Source: Vermamoeba vermiformis (taxonomy: Eukaryota). Taken from it: DNA of 64,000 bases. The notes beneath the pieces were generated by a model. It was not told the DNA's origin, searched no databases, and saw only the letters and a list, made by a program, of their open reading frames with translations. The stretch spans positions 496,001 through 560,000 of the forward strand of contig JBEWZL010000152.1 of assembly GCA_045837725.1 (NCBI GenBank). Direction: 5' to 3'. The number at the start of each line of letters is the position of its first letter. Positions within the stretch are counted from its first letter, which is position 1. This document shows, one piece after another, positions 13,586-27,200 of the stretch. A program made the position numbers and the translations under genes.

Positions 13586-15066
13586 ATGCAATCAATATCG
13601 AGGCGTATATTTAAATCTGTTGGTGCCTTCTGTAAATCAAAACAGACGAGATCTTATTCAAAACCGCCCATTAAATCCAGTTCAGGCTTGAGCGGCGTAT
13701 TTGCGCCAATTCCGACATGCTTTGATAAGAGAGGAGACCTGGCAATTAAAGATTTTAAATACAATATATCTAGGTACTATTTAAATCAAATATTTAAAAA
13801 ATATCACTCTGCACGGCATAAATTGCTCTAATCTTGATATTCATTGTATTAATTATAAATAATTTAATGCAGATTTAATAAAACGAAGTTGGATGGCCTC
13901 GTAATCATGGGCAGTAATGGAGAATTTCCATATTTGTCAATGAACGAGAAGAAAGAATTGTTGAAGGCAGCAAAGGTGATTAAACCCTCGTTATATATAC
14001 CACTATATACATATTCATGTGGCAATAGGAAGCAACGGAATCAAAGATGTTAATCGCCGGAACTGGATCAACGAATTTCCGCGAGACTTTAGAACTCAAT
14101 CAATATGCAAAGGAGCTCGGTTATGACGCAGTGATGGTTATTACACCATATTATTTCCTGTCTAAGGTATATTCTAGATATTGCTATTGTCTCAAGATTG
14201 TTTTGATTAAACATTTCATCAGATGAATGATGCCACACTCGAGGCCTATTATTCAAAGCTAGCCGATGCAGTCGATATTCCACTCATTCTATACAACATG
14301 CCGAGTTACTCGGGTATTAATATGTCAGTATCAGTAGTCTCGAAGCTATCCACACACAAGAACATTTTTGGGATCAAAGACACATCCAATTCAATCAATC
14401 AGACCTTCAATTATCACCTCGAAACTAAAGGCAATGGGTTCGACGTACTTGCTGGTAATTATTCATTGAATATTCGTCGCAAATAGGTGACTTATCGGTG
14501 ATTTTAGGCTCTGGCACGTTCTTTTTGCATGGTTTAATGCTGGGCTGTACTGGAGGTAAATTTGCTTCAAATTTACTTAATACTCGTTCAATATTCGCTA
14601 TTGTGTCCGAACATTGGTTCACTATTCAATAGCCCATTGATAATTTCGGCACTGCAAAACTAACTTTAAGTCTGAAACTCAGAACCTAAAAATAACTTTA
14701 CTCTGTAACAGGCGTACTGGCACTAGCGAATATAGTGCCTAATACTTGTCGTGAACTATATGAGATGAGTTACGGCGCCGAACATCACCGCGCAGTTGAG
14801 CTGCAGAATTATGTGACACCACTGAACGAAGCAATTACTTCTAAATATGGCATACCTGGCATGAAATACGTGATGAATCAGCTCGGATTTGAATGTGGCG
14901 AGGCAAGGTGAGCGCTGAGACAGCTCTAGTCGGTTAATTTCCTTATTAATCTCCATTCAATCTCGTCAGATTTCCAATGCCTGCACTGAACGACAAAGAA
15001 AAGGCTGCGCTGAATCAAATGATAGACAAGTACGCAGATATACTGGCATGGACTAAGAAGGTGTAG
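13586..15066 (+). CDS. HOGA1: DapA-family aldolase, 4-hydroxy-2-oxoglutarate aldolase-like (mitochondrial presequence)
   Basis: GVFAPIPTCF, GSNGEF (HOGA1-type rather than DHDPS GTTGE), ILYNMP, Schiff-base Lys in GIKDTS, YGIPGMK. Confidence 0.8.
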
Positions 15067-15621
15067 AGAGATATACGTTGAGTTACAACGATGATTCATT
15101 CAGTACAGATCTAACGGAGAATTTTTTTCTCAATTTTGACGCTTTGCACTTGTGGCCGATAGATTTGAGAGAATTCTCGCAGTACTGTCTTGACAACACA
15201 AGCCAATGATTACACTCAATTGCCAATATGTGCATAAAGAAATCAATTTAACAGCAGCGATTTGTGTGTTGGCAATGGAATTGAATCGATGTCAGATCCC
15301 GTTACAATTCTTTGTGCTAATAACGCTGCTATTAAAGGACTCATTCGTAGTGGTATCTACGAGTGTTCTAAGTGCACTTTGCCATAAATTTATTGTAGAA
15401 AACCGTCGGGAACAAAGGTGAGATCTCGCGTATTTTTTCAGAGGAAACAAAATTACCGAAGCTGAAGGAGATATTTCGTAGATAATAGCCATTAGAACGC
15501 ACAAAGTTGACCCTTCATCGACTGTCATAAATCTGCTACAACTTTTTGTTCATTATTTTTTTTATTCCAAACGGATCAACGCCAACACAACCCAACCGCG
15601 GCAGCATTTTATATTTATGCA

Positions 15622-17862
15622 ATGTCCAAATCAGATCTGCTTAAAACGCGGCTTTTAGCACGCCAACAATTAGTGCCTCAGCTGGAATGTTCAGTATATC
15701 ATGTAAGTCTATTAATTGTTTTGATAATTTTTAAAAATCAAGAAAATTGCAATTACATCCAATTTTGACAATTTGTTCTCGAATAAATTGAGCTCAATAT
15801 TATGGACCGTGTATCGCTTCATGGAACAGACGTTTATTAATGGACTGTTGTCGGATCTCGTGTCATACTTGACAACTGACTTACATTCACTTTAAAACAG
15901 CATATGTTTCATATAATAGGTCGCGAATTATTCCCAGTATGGACCTATGTTACAAATGGCATGCACCAATTCCACCAAAAAGAGATCATCTTCGTATTGA
16001 AATGTTTGCCTGAAGAGCGAACAGAAGACTTCCCTTCAGCACCGTTATCCCTATTTAAAATTATATTTGACTTCGCTAAGCAAGGCATAGTCGTAGATGA
16101 AGGTATATACAGCGACCCTTGCGTTGATGTATTCGAAAAATTTTCCTTCTGCAATGTTATTAACGGATCCCCCGTTACGGAATTTTAGGCGACACGACCG
16201 AGTTTGGTCCTTCAGGATTTTTAGGAAGAGTAGATTTTAAAGGCGTATCATACGTCAAACCAGAGTTTGCCTCGTTGCCAGGTACGGATCTACTTTTTGT
16301 AGCATTTCTATTGAAGTTTTAACCAAGAATCGCTTGATTTCGAGCTTTATTTCACCGAGTTGATCTGCAAATATTGCTCGATTAGTCCATGTTTATGTGC
16401 GAACTCTTATTGCTTTTTCACTGTGATTTCATCACCGAATTCTGTTAGAAATTTCTATTAAAAGATTATAACGGAGATTGCAGCAAGCTTCGGCTACTGT
16501 CATGCCTAATACTATATTGTAATAGCATTATATAGCGCTGGAGGTTTTTAATTATTCTCCTTGGGTTGATCCATCGTACTAACATTTGATTTAAACAGAC
16601 GAAATACCGCAAGACAAAGACTACTTGGTCGTTGTTACATTGATGCCTAAAGAATTTGAAATAAGCAAAAAACACGGAATTACAAGGTACACATGTTGTG
16701 TTGTAATCTTTGACACTTTACTAGGTGGACGTTGAGTCAACACGTGCTGCGATAAAATCGCAATGCAAAAGCAATCTTATTGACGTCATTTATTGTGCAG
16801 AATATTAGCAATGATGGGCATGCAAACACGCTATTATCCCTTCCCGCTCTGGACTGACCGACAGCGCGTCAGTGTGGTGCCTGAAGATTTGATGCTTACA
16901 ACAGATCCCATCTCAGAGGTAAGTCGTTTATAGCTTTGAAGAATTGTTCCGTACTTATACTAGCCGCACAGTCCCCGCACATGATGCTCTGTGAAGGCGG
17001 TGCTCATCTCGAGCGCAGCAAGAACATGATTTTTATGAAGCTCGCCAAGGCCCTGACCACTAAACTGCGCAACGAACTCGCCAAGATCCCCGATGACGTG
17101 GCAGTGGTGTGCTGTCTCGGCTTTGACCCATTCAGCGACTGTCACCTCGTCTGGCAGCCTAATTCAGGTATGTCCAGTACCACGTCATACTGTCCCACTG
17201 ACACGTGTCTAGATGCATTGCAAGCGATCAGTCGGCCAGGCAGCAAAGGTGAGCGAATGGGCTCGTCGTTTATTGCCTTCATCCCACAACAGAAAGAAGA
17301 TTACGGCATGTTGCACGAGGATGGATTTTTGATTATGTTAACGAACGAGTCCTGGGCGCTGCTGCGCAAGTGCTTTATCACGGGCAGCAAAGCTGTCATG
17401 TTGTCTGACACCGAGGACGGCATGAATTTTGAATTGAGCTTTTACGAGAAGTTAGTGCCCGCACTGCCCGGCAATCAACAATCATTTGCCAACGAATTCG
17501 AGCAACAAGGCAAGGACAGAAACGTCGCTATTAAGTTCATCACTGCGGACCACCTGCTGATTCAACGAGTGTCCGTGCAAGACATGGCTAATTACACGAA
17601 GAGCGTAACAGCACGCGTGAAGGAATATTTGGCCGCCAACAAGCCATTGTTTTCAATGCTCAAAGAACTGTATTTGTTATTCGAAGTCGTCCCTGGTGCC
17701 AAGCTTGATATGCGCATTGTAGGCAACCCCGTCACGCGCATCGATTCAGCACTTGAAGATCAGATCGTGGCTGTTGTTAATCAACTGCCGGTCGTTGAAG
17801 TGCAATACGGTCCAGTCGATTTTCAAATCACTTTTCCGATTGAATCTTATTATCCTGCGTAA
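15622..17862 (+). CDS. SARA/endofin C-terminal (DUF3480-like) domain protein without FYVE, with an extra C-terminal domain
   Basis: WTYVTNGMHQFHQKEIIFVLKCLPEE, GFLG...FKGVSYV, GITRILAMMG...YYPFPLWTDRQR, DCHLVW and MLHEDGFLIML resemble the ZFYVE9/16 C-terminal region. Confidence 0.75.
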
Positions 17863-18262
17863 TAAAATTATCGAAAAGAACTTCAAAACTACTACGCGAG
17901 GTCTATTGTCCAAAAATAACTATAAAATTATAATTTCACTTAACGTACAAACTGCTGGCACCCTGATCCGTACACACAAAATGCGAATCGCTTTGTGATT
18001 TTGAAGGGAAAATTTCGTAAAGGTAGCCCCTTTGCCTCCAGGCTTCATATTTAGTTCTTATTCACGAATGAGTACAACTGAATTCAGGAAATAGATTGCC
18101 TCCCGGCCATTGAAGCGCCAGGGAGGAAATTTTTTCATCAATTTTTGTTCGAGAGCGCCTGTTCATTTCTGAAGACAATTTTGCTAAAGCAACACGTATT
18201 AGCCAATATTGTCTCGTTAACAAGTCGACTATATATCATATTATTAACCGAACACGTACACA

Positions 18263-19590
18263 ATGAGCGCCACTGTTCATCCAGTTCAGGTACAACACGA
18301 TCGGTTTTTTCTGAATTGCCATAAACTCACTAAATATCATTCCATAGGACTACCCTTTCCACAACCAAGGTCTTCGCGACGAGTCTAAGACCATTGATCA
18401 GTTCCGCAATTACGAAACCAGTGCACGCGACGAGATCGTCCGTCAAACTTACCGCTTGCACCACGTTAACCAGACCTACGACTACGTGCAAGAAAGAAAG
18501 CAAAAGTATCTCCAATTTAAGATTGCTAAGTTGACTGTCTGGCAAGCAATTGAGAAACTCGGTAAGATGTAAATCCTCTTCCGGAAAGAAATTTTCAAAC
18601 CGGCCAAGTCTCGCTTCTCGTGCATTTAAGAATGAATTGATATCTAATTAATTGAGTGCCCTATCTCTTTTAGCGAAATACTCTACGCGCAATTATACAC
18701 ATTTAATTAATATATTTTCCTGTTTCAGATACGCTCGTGGACGAGTCCGACCCTGACACTGACTTGCCTCAAATTATGCACGCTTTGCAAACTGCAGAGG
18801 TAGGCATTATTTATTCATTAAATTGTGTCCTATTCAGCATTGCAAATTTCAGGCAGCTTTCTGCCGACAGATTCAAAACAAAAAATATATATTAATAATT
18901 AGTTCATAATATTTTGGGTTTAGTATTAAGGTGTATCACACGTCTTACAAAGTGAACGAAGTACTTTGAAATGTGATTCAATCTTTCATGAAAATTTTTT
19001 TAGCTCGATCTAGTACTTAGCAATTCATTAAACAGAGTCTGCGCGAGATGTATCCCGAATATGACTGGCTTCATTTGGTTGGTTTGATTCACGATCTCGG
19101 CAAGGTGCTCGCTCTCCCTGAGTGGGGTTCTGAGCCTCAATGGGCTGTTGTTGGTGACACTTTCCCCGTTGGTCTCGCGTACTCAGACACCATCGTGCAC
19201 AACCAATTCTTGAAGGAGAACGAGGACTACATGAACCCTAAATACAACACCAAGTACGGCGTGTACTCACCCAACTGCGGTCTCGACAATGTGCACTTCA
19301 CTTGGGGTCACGACGAGTACATGTACCAAGTCTGCTTGAAGAACAAATGCAAGATCCCTCCTCAAGGTCTCGCTTGCATTCGTTATCACAGCTGCTACCC
19401 TTGGCACAACGGCGGTGCTTACCGTCACATTATGGACGAGAGCGATGAAGAGAAGTTGGTTTGGGTGCTCAAGTTCAACAAGGCCGATCTGTACAGCAAG
19501 AACGCTCAAACCCCCGACGTTGAGAAATTGAAGCCTTACTACCAAGGTTTGATTGAGAAGTACTTCCCTAATCCCACCCTCGAGTGGTAA
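18263..19590 (+). CDS. MIOX: myo-inositol oxygenase
   Basis: FRNYE, LVDESDPDTDLPQIMHALQTAE, GLIHDLGKVL, QWAVVGDTFPVG, WGHDEYMY, IRYHS, DLYSK. Confidence 0.96.
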
Positions 19591-19885
19591 TTTGTTTTTA
19601 TAATTGTTAGAATTTTTTATAATGTGAATACTTCGTGTGGCGGATCTCTGAATTTTTGAGGTCGCTAATCGGCTTGTATAAATAAATTTGCGATGTGCTC
19701 ACAAGATCTTGTTTGCCCTAGGGCTTCTTCAGTTCTCGAAGTGCATTCTAGAAGCTAAGAATTGTTTCGAATATTCTCATTGCTTCCTTTACTCACTTCC
19801 CCGCGGCCATTGACACGGACAAAAACGGTGACATGCCTTCGTTTGATTTATTATCACTAATCTATCAACGTAGAACTACACAATT

Positions 19886-20309
19886 ATGTCAGCTAAGCAA
19901 GTTATTCACATGGTTTGGTTCAAGACCAAGGCCGAAGCCTCCAAAGAAGCTATGAGCCACTTATTTGCTGGATTTGAAACTTTGAAAAAGATTCCGGGCG
20001 TACTTTCCGTTGATTTTGGTACGCATATTATTGATACAAAATATTGTTATTTTTTGGCGAGTTAACGAGACTCCGAAAAATATTTAATTTTATTTTTTCG
20101 ATCTTGATCTAACGGGTATTGTATGAAAAGGCAACAACTTCACCGAAAGATCACGAGGATTCAACGTTGGCTTGTACGTGTTGTTGAAGGACAAGGAAGC
20201 ATTGAATGTTTACAAGGACCACGAGCTGCACATCAAATTCATGAATGATTACTTGGCTCCTGTGAAGGAAGACGTTGTTGCTTTGGATTTTGAATCTAGC
20301 TCCCACTAG
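19886..20309 (+). CDS. Dabb/stress-responsive A/B barrel protein (2 exons)
   Basis: VIHMVWFK...LKKIPGVLSVDFG|NNFTERSRGF...YKDHELH..F...VVALDF. Confidence 0.88.
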
Positions 20310-20526
20310 AGACGCAGTTAGTCATAAATAAAACGCGATCCGTGTTTCCGGATCATTCTGGAAGCCGCTACAACTGTTGTGCACTGCAATTTAATATCCA
20401 CATTGCTACTGACAAATAATAATATCAAATCATGGGTTTCCTTCAAAAGCGGTTGCCTGAAAGTACCTAGGAAAAAGCTTGTTCTTAAGCGTCAGAAAAA
20501 AAGCTTCATTTTATTACAATCTCAAA

Positions 20527-22488
20527 ATGGCTACTAGGCATCTTGTATTCTGCTTTGGTATTGCTATTATAGTTAACCTCTTGTTGCCTGCCGAGGCAGC
20601 ATACTGCGTTCCGGTAAGCAATTTAAGCTGGAAGGATCTTAGCTCAGTTATAAGATTTTAGTTTATCGCTAAATTTTCGATTTTATTATCGTCAATACGT
20701 TAAAAGAAACACAGCTAATGACAATTATGACCTAGCATTCAACAACACCAAAGAGAAATACAAATCCGATCTGGCGAGCGCCACCCAAGCTTTTAAGCAC
20801 AACAAAGAACGGCAAGGTAATTTCAACAGTGCTGATATTTATTTTAGTGCTTAAATCAACGGTCCCTCGGTGATATCCGTCGATCCATCTTTATCTCATT
20901 TGACCTTCCAATTGTTCATTTACCGAAATCAAGTTTCATAAGCTACTCTATGGGCAATTTACTATCGATTATAATTGATTAAATCGTTAAATATAGCTCT
21001 ATTCCATCGGACCCGATAACGCCAAGATCTTGCACGTGTGGGGCTCTGCCTATGAAATGGGCTATGCTCATGGAACTCTTTTGAAGGTATAGCTCAATGA
21101 AAATTTCATTTTGACCAGTGCACAATTAGTTATTACGGTTAAAGGATCCTAAATCTGTCTCCATTGTAGGAACAACTCCACACCTTCTTAGACGACTTGT
21201 GGGTATATTTGGACGAGAAAGTAGCGCCTAAGGTCATGCCTTACCTACCACCTTGGCTCGCGTACATCGTTGCTGACTTGGGCTTGCAAGCAGCTTTGGA
21301 GACCTATTATTACATCACCAAGCCTTACACCGGTGATTATTACTACCAAGAACTGCAAGGCATTGCTGACGGTACGTAGCTCTAGAGTGCTTGCTCGAAA
21401 TTAAGTCTAACACATCACAGCTTCGGGCGTGGCATTCAGCCGCATCATGCAGATCCAATTGCTCGGTGAAATCACCAAGGGTCGCTGCTCGATGTTCGGT
21501 GCGTGGGGTGACTCCGTGCCGAGTGGTCTGTTGCAACTCCGCGCCCTCGATTGGGACGTGGAAGGTCCGTACAAAGATCACGCCTTGATTGTCGTCTATC
21601 ACGCCGACAATGTCAACAACAACCCCAACTCATTCATCAACGTTGGCTTTGTGGGTTGGGTCGGCTCTATTTCTGGTAGGTCTAAACACAGCTGCCTTTA
21701 CTACCGTGCATTTCTGACTACTTTTCTTAGGCATGTCCTCGAGCCAAACAGCCATCTCTGAGATTGGTGTTAGCTACCCTGATGATACTTTTGGCGACGA
21801 AGACCCGTTTGGCACTCCGTTCGTGGTAAGTCGTGTGGCGCTTACTCGCCTCGTTCTCGTGGCCTAATAAGTTCAGTTCTTGTTGCGTGACATCTTGCAA
21901 TTCGACCTCTCACTTGACGACGCCCTCAATCGCATGATGAATGCTCAGCGCACTGTGCGACTGATCCTCGGTGTTGGTGACGGCAAGGTAGTACAAACAG
22001 TTGCTATTCCACCAAGTACTAAACACTAGTGATTCAGATCGAGAGTTTCCGCTCCGTACAATACTCGCACTCCGTTATGCGCATTATGGACGACAAGAAC
22101 ATGTTGCCCTACAATACTACTTGGCACCCGCGCATTAAAGACATTGTGTACTACGGCATGGATTGGATGTGCCCTGGCTACAACAAAGTACTGTCCGAAC
22201 AAATCCAAAAGTTCTACGGCAACATTACGGCAGAGAACACGATCAGCGACATCTTGCCCATTGTACAGACTGGTGACTTGCACGCTGCGATTTACGACCT
22301 CGTGAATATGCGATTCTGGGTTGCTTTTGCTGCTCCTTCATTCTCCTCGGATCCAAACGTAAGTTTATACCTAAGTGCCGCGTTTGATATAGTAGATTTT
22401 AACAGCATTGTATATTTAGAAAATGGCTTACAATCGCCAATATATTGCGTTGGATGCCGAAAAACTATTTAACGAGCCCAAACCTTAA
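20527..22488 (+). CDS. Secreted Ntn-hydrolase, Dictyostelium dcd1/acid-ceramidase-like
   Basis: Signal peptide; LHVWGSAYEMGYAHGTLLK, ELQGIAD, nucleophile Cys in GRCSMFGAWG, QLRALDW, ISEIGV, LLRDILQF, GVGDGK. Confidence 0.82.
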
Positions 22489-22692
22489 ACGAGGTAATCA
22501 GCCACTTGTTTATTAGTAGTAAATGGTATTGGCAAATGGCACGCCTACTTTAGTTAATGTATTTGAAAGATCGCCACGGATCCAACTGAAATCTGTTAGA
22601 AATTTGGAACGATTTATTCGACCGAGCTCAGTTTGCCTTATTTGCAATCGATACGACTCTAAACACCATATGTGATTTAATACTTACTTACA

Positions 22693-24160
22693 ATGATATC
22701 TCTACTCGCGAAAACGCTTGGCACTCATTATCCAACAGCATTCGCGTACATCCCCCGAAAATTTTTATTCACTACGACTGCAATAATAGCATTTGGTGCG
22801 GTATCTATCACAGCACGCATAGTAAGGCTAATTTCCAAGTCATTTCAACAGTAAGTAGCTTCATAGCTGAAATTGAATTTGATCCAAGATTTTTGACATG
22901 TTTTCAATTTTGATTTCAGCCACCAGCAGAGCTCGGCATTCCCACAAGAGACTGTGCCTATAGAACTGCAATTAGAAATTCTGAGTCATGCATTGCATGA
23001 CGTTTCAGATCAGGATGTGCTGAATCTGATGTTAGTTTGCCAAGAATGGAACTACTTACTCAATAATAATCTCAAATATGAATGGAAGAGCAAATTTATG
23101 AGGCTTCGTCGCTCTGACTTCCATTTGCCCACTTACAGATCGCAGATCGGACGCGTAACTAAAAAAGGCAAGCGAGATCTGGTCACGACACGCGAAGAAT
23201 CCATTCTGGACTCCAAAAATGCTTTATTTCTTATCTAAAAAGCGACCACAGAATCCCTATCACTCCTCGCTCTCTATTGACATTCCAAACTCGACAAAGG
23301 TGCCGTGGTACGTGTCATGAATTCTCTCGTAGGTTGACGAGCTAACTCTTTTCTCTCATAGGTACCTGCCATGGCGTAGAATTAGTTTGTTGAAAGATCC
23401 GCTGCAGATCTTTCACTACTTGCACTGCGTGTTGTTCACACCTGAATGGTTCAATTTCTTTACCGTGAAACAACTCGATCTGAAACAAGGTCTGCAACTG
23501 GACCTGTCAGAGCTCAAACACTTAAGTGGTCTGATTACTCTGTCCTCGCTATTACTCAATGTACCTCTGCTCGATGTACTCTTCTCAGGCGAGTTTGGTT
23601 CACAATTGTCCTGGGCCAATCTGTGGGACCCTGTCAAGCCCTGGTCGACATCTTATCAAATCATTGCCACGTGTCAGCTCCTTGCATTTCAATTGTTCGA
23701 GTTGTCCACGAGTTATCACTGGCTGTTGCCCGTCAGAGTGGGCGTGTTAGGCCTCTTCTGCATGTTCTCGAAAGGCGCCAAATTCTTCTTGCAACAGTCT
23801 GCAGTGACAGGAGCGATGTATCTAATAGCTTATTTGACCAAAAAGAAGTTCAATAACAACCCGACTGAAATGGCAGCTGTGCACTATGAGATGATCAGCG
23901 CCACAGGTATGACAGATCCAACCACTTACACTTAAAGCTAACAATGTCCAGATCTATTGGTACTCGTGATGGCAGGCTCACTCTCAGTGGCATATCCGCC
24001 AATTATATTCACTGTTTTGGGCTTCAGTCTCATCGCGCTGTTCACCAAGTCCCTTCGCGGAGTCCTGGGCCGCTCCCCGAAAGAAAGTGCAATTTCTTTC
24101 AGATTTAGTTTTATATTCGGCTGTATAGTACACGTGTGCAGCCTCCTTTGTTGGTTATAA
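22693..24160 (+). CDS. F-box protein with hydrophobic C-terminal segments; apparent 1-nt frameshift near 23161-23166
   Basis: F-box VPIELQLEILSH...LNLMLVCQEWN. Downstream exons are hydrophobic. The frame continues only if one A is removed from the A6 run. Confidence 0.6.
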
Positions 24161-24282
24161 ACAGGGTGCTTGACAAATTCAGTCAAAAATTTTCTGCCCA
24201 ACTGTAGAACAGACAAGATTGCGTGTGGCCTTCTTACCATTTTCTAATGTAACCAGGCCAATGAACGGCGTGAACTACATTG

Positions 24283-27200
24283 ATGATGTCCACAAAATCC
24301 CGGGACTTTCGCGATGAGCTTGCCAAGATCCACCAGCAGCTCAAAAATCAAAGGTGAGTCTCCTTATAGAACGACAAATTTAATTTGCCCTTATACGCGG
24401 GTTATTTTGGCAATTTATCCACCCTGCAAAGGGAATTTTGGCTTGTCTAACTTACAATCCCAATTTAGAACCGAAGACGAAAGATCTCTTGCTTGCATTG
24501 CTCTAAACAATTTGGTAGATATTAGAAGAGAATGAATATAGTATTCAACCAACTAACTGCTAGTAATTTCAGACCCAGGTTCAATCCCGAGAACTGTCAT
24601 CTGAGCATTTCGCCAAGTTCGCAACTGAGCTCTTTAAATTAATCAGTGAACTCATTCACAGTAATAATCAGAATGACAAAATCGGCGGCATTATAGCATT
24701 AGAAGCCTTAATTACGTCTGACACTCTGCCCGATCGAGCGACCTTGATGTTCAATTTACTCTGTCGTGGTGGAATGACCAGCAAAGATGAACGAGTATTA
24801 ACGCTCGCAAGCCAGACGTTGGGACGGCTGGTCCACATTTACGGCCACAGCATCGGAGATCTCATTGACGCAGAGTTAGTTCGGTCGTTAGAATGGCTGG
24901 CCGACCCAAAATCTGGTCACGTGCTCGCTGCACTATTAATCACATCCCAGATTGCCGCCAACGCATCGCTCAACATCTACTTGCATCTGTCACATTTGCT
25001 GGACTTGATTTGGCCCGCATTGCAAGACAGAGATGTGAATGTTCGTGTGGCAGCCAAAGAGACACTTCAAATTTGTTTGCGACTGATCAACGATCGCCAG
25101 TCACCCTCAGATACGCACCATATACAGATGAAGGCGGTCTATGAATCAGCAGTCAAGTGTTTGGAGCAAAGTCATCAAAGGAGCGAACACTTGCACGGTG
25201 CACTACTTGCCCTCAATGAGCTCGTGTTCTACCCCTCGTACTTTTCCGAAAATGACTTTCAACACGTGTGCGACGTTGTAATGAAGCTTTGGGACGCCAA
25301 CAACAGCATGGTACGTGCTCAAGTCACCTCGCTACTCCCAGCTCTCGCCGAACTGCTTCCGCAACTCTATTCTGAACGTCATTTGGCTGCTATCATGAAA
25401 TTGCTGCTGAGTGCGCTTGCACAACGCGATTCTGCTGAGCGCGCACGAGCATTTATAACGATTGGCAAACTATCCCTAGCAGTTCGCAGTCACATGCAAG
25501 ATTACGTTGAAGAAGTTCTCACGGCTGTTCGTGCTGCCGTGTCATCGAAGAGCAAGTCGGTGTTCAAAGAAGCGTTGATCTGCGTATCCATGTTATCTAC
25601 AGCTGTCGGCCTGTCAATGCAAAGATACGCGAAGGAGTTACTGCAACAGATCTTCGGCGGTGGACTGTCACAAGAGCTAGTTGACACACTCACCGCGTTA
25701 TCTCAAAACATCCCCGAGCTATCTTTTGACATACAGTTGCGTCTGCTAGATGCAATTTCTCGCGTGCTAACGAAGAAAAGTCTTTTGCAATCGGGCTCCC
25801 AGTCACGCAAGCTAGACAAGTCAAGCTCAATCCACGACCTCGAACACGATCATAAAACATCATTTTAGCCTTGCATACAGTGGGATCGTTTGCTTTTGAC
25901 CGCGACATTCTCACGCAATTCTCAAATGATATTTTAATCACGTATCTCTCGCACAAGGATACGCAGATACGAAAAGAAGCCTGTTTGATGTGCTGCAAGA
26001 TTTTATCGCGCCTGCCTGCAACTACAACAACCAACGACATTTTAACAAAGCTACTCGAGACAGGCATTGGAGACACAGAGGAAAGCATCCGATCCGCGAT
26101 AATTTTGAACCTCGACACTTCATTTGACACGCTGTTGGCCCAACACGACAAATTAAGTCTGTTATTTCTTGGCCTGTACGATGAATCGCTCGAGATCAGA
26201 GAGCACATCGTCCGTATCTTGGGTCGTTGTGCCGCCAGAAATCCTGCCTACGTACTACCAGTGTTACGAAAGCGTTTGTTGGAGCTTCGTGACGAGCTCG
26301 CCTATAGTCGAGATAGCGTAACGTGCGAACAAAGCGCTCGTCTGCTAGCTTGTTTAGTTGGTGGTCCTGAACTCTTTGCAGAAAGCTCCTATGACAGCGC
26401 GCAACATGAGGTCGACTGGTCGCACGAGAGAGGCCTTTACAGCCCAGTGCATCATCGACTAGTAGACCCTTACGTGGATTCGTTGCTACGTGTGCTAATC
26501 AGGCGAGCTAAGGATTCTGATCCGCGCACTATTGCTTCCGTCTTACGGGCAATATCGGCCGTAGTCTATCAAGCACCATTAGAACTCACTGCTGAACACG
26601 TCGAAGAGCTTTTCAATCTAATTGCACTCATACTTGAAGATCATTCATCCACATTGAAGCGAGTGATGGCTCTGAAGTGTCTCGCTGTCGTGGCACAGTT
26701 CACTAGCCCCGCAATGAAGTCCTTACTGCACACTTCCAAAGTGTACGAGCAAGTATTGGACATGCTCAAGTCGGATCATTTACCAGCCATAAGAAACATC
26801 ATTACGTCTGTAATGGGCACTTTTGGAGCTGTAGATTCTCAATGGCACCGGCGGATGCAGCTTGAAGACCAAAAATCCAACGAGACCACTGTGTCGTTGC
26901 GTGGCGTGTTCTCTAATGCAGAAGACAATATCTATGCCAGAACTGTAGTTGACGCCCTACTGCGAGTCATCAGCGACCCATCTCTCAGTTCACATCATCG
27001 CCAAGCATTACAAGCACTCGTGTTTCTGTTTGACAGCCTGGGTCAAGGATGCGCTCAATTTTTCCGAGCAGTACTCGATGCCCTACTCCTTCTGATACGC
27101 AACAGTGACTCGCTCCTTCGTGAAATTACATTGCAACAGCTCGCCGGCCTAATTGCAGCAATTAAAGAGAGTGTACGCGAATACTTGCCCGAGATAATGT

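Noticed and set aside
15100-15560. Short ORFs 15206-15421 (+) and 15292-15528 (-)
   Set aside because: No motifs or consistent exon chain; treated as intergenic.
25779-25868. Intron explanation for the first TOR frame break
   Set aside because: Needs a non-consensus GTCTTT donor and would delete the conserved IILAL helix; a 1-nt indel fits better.
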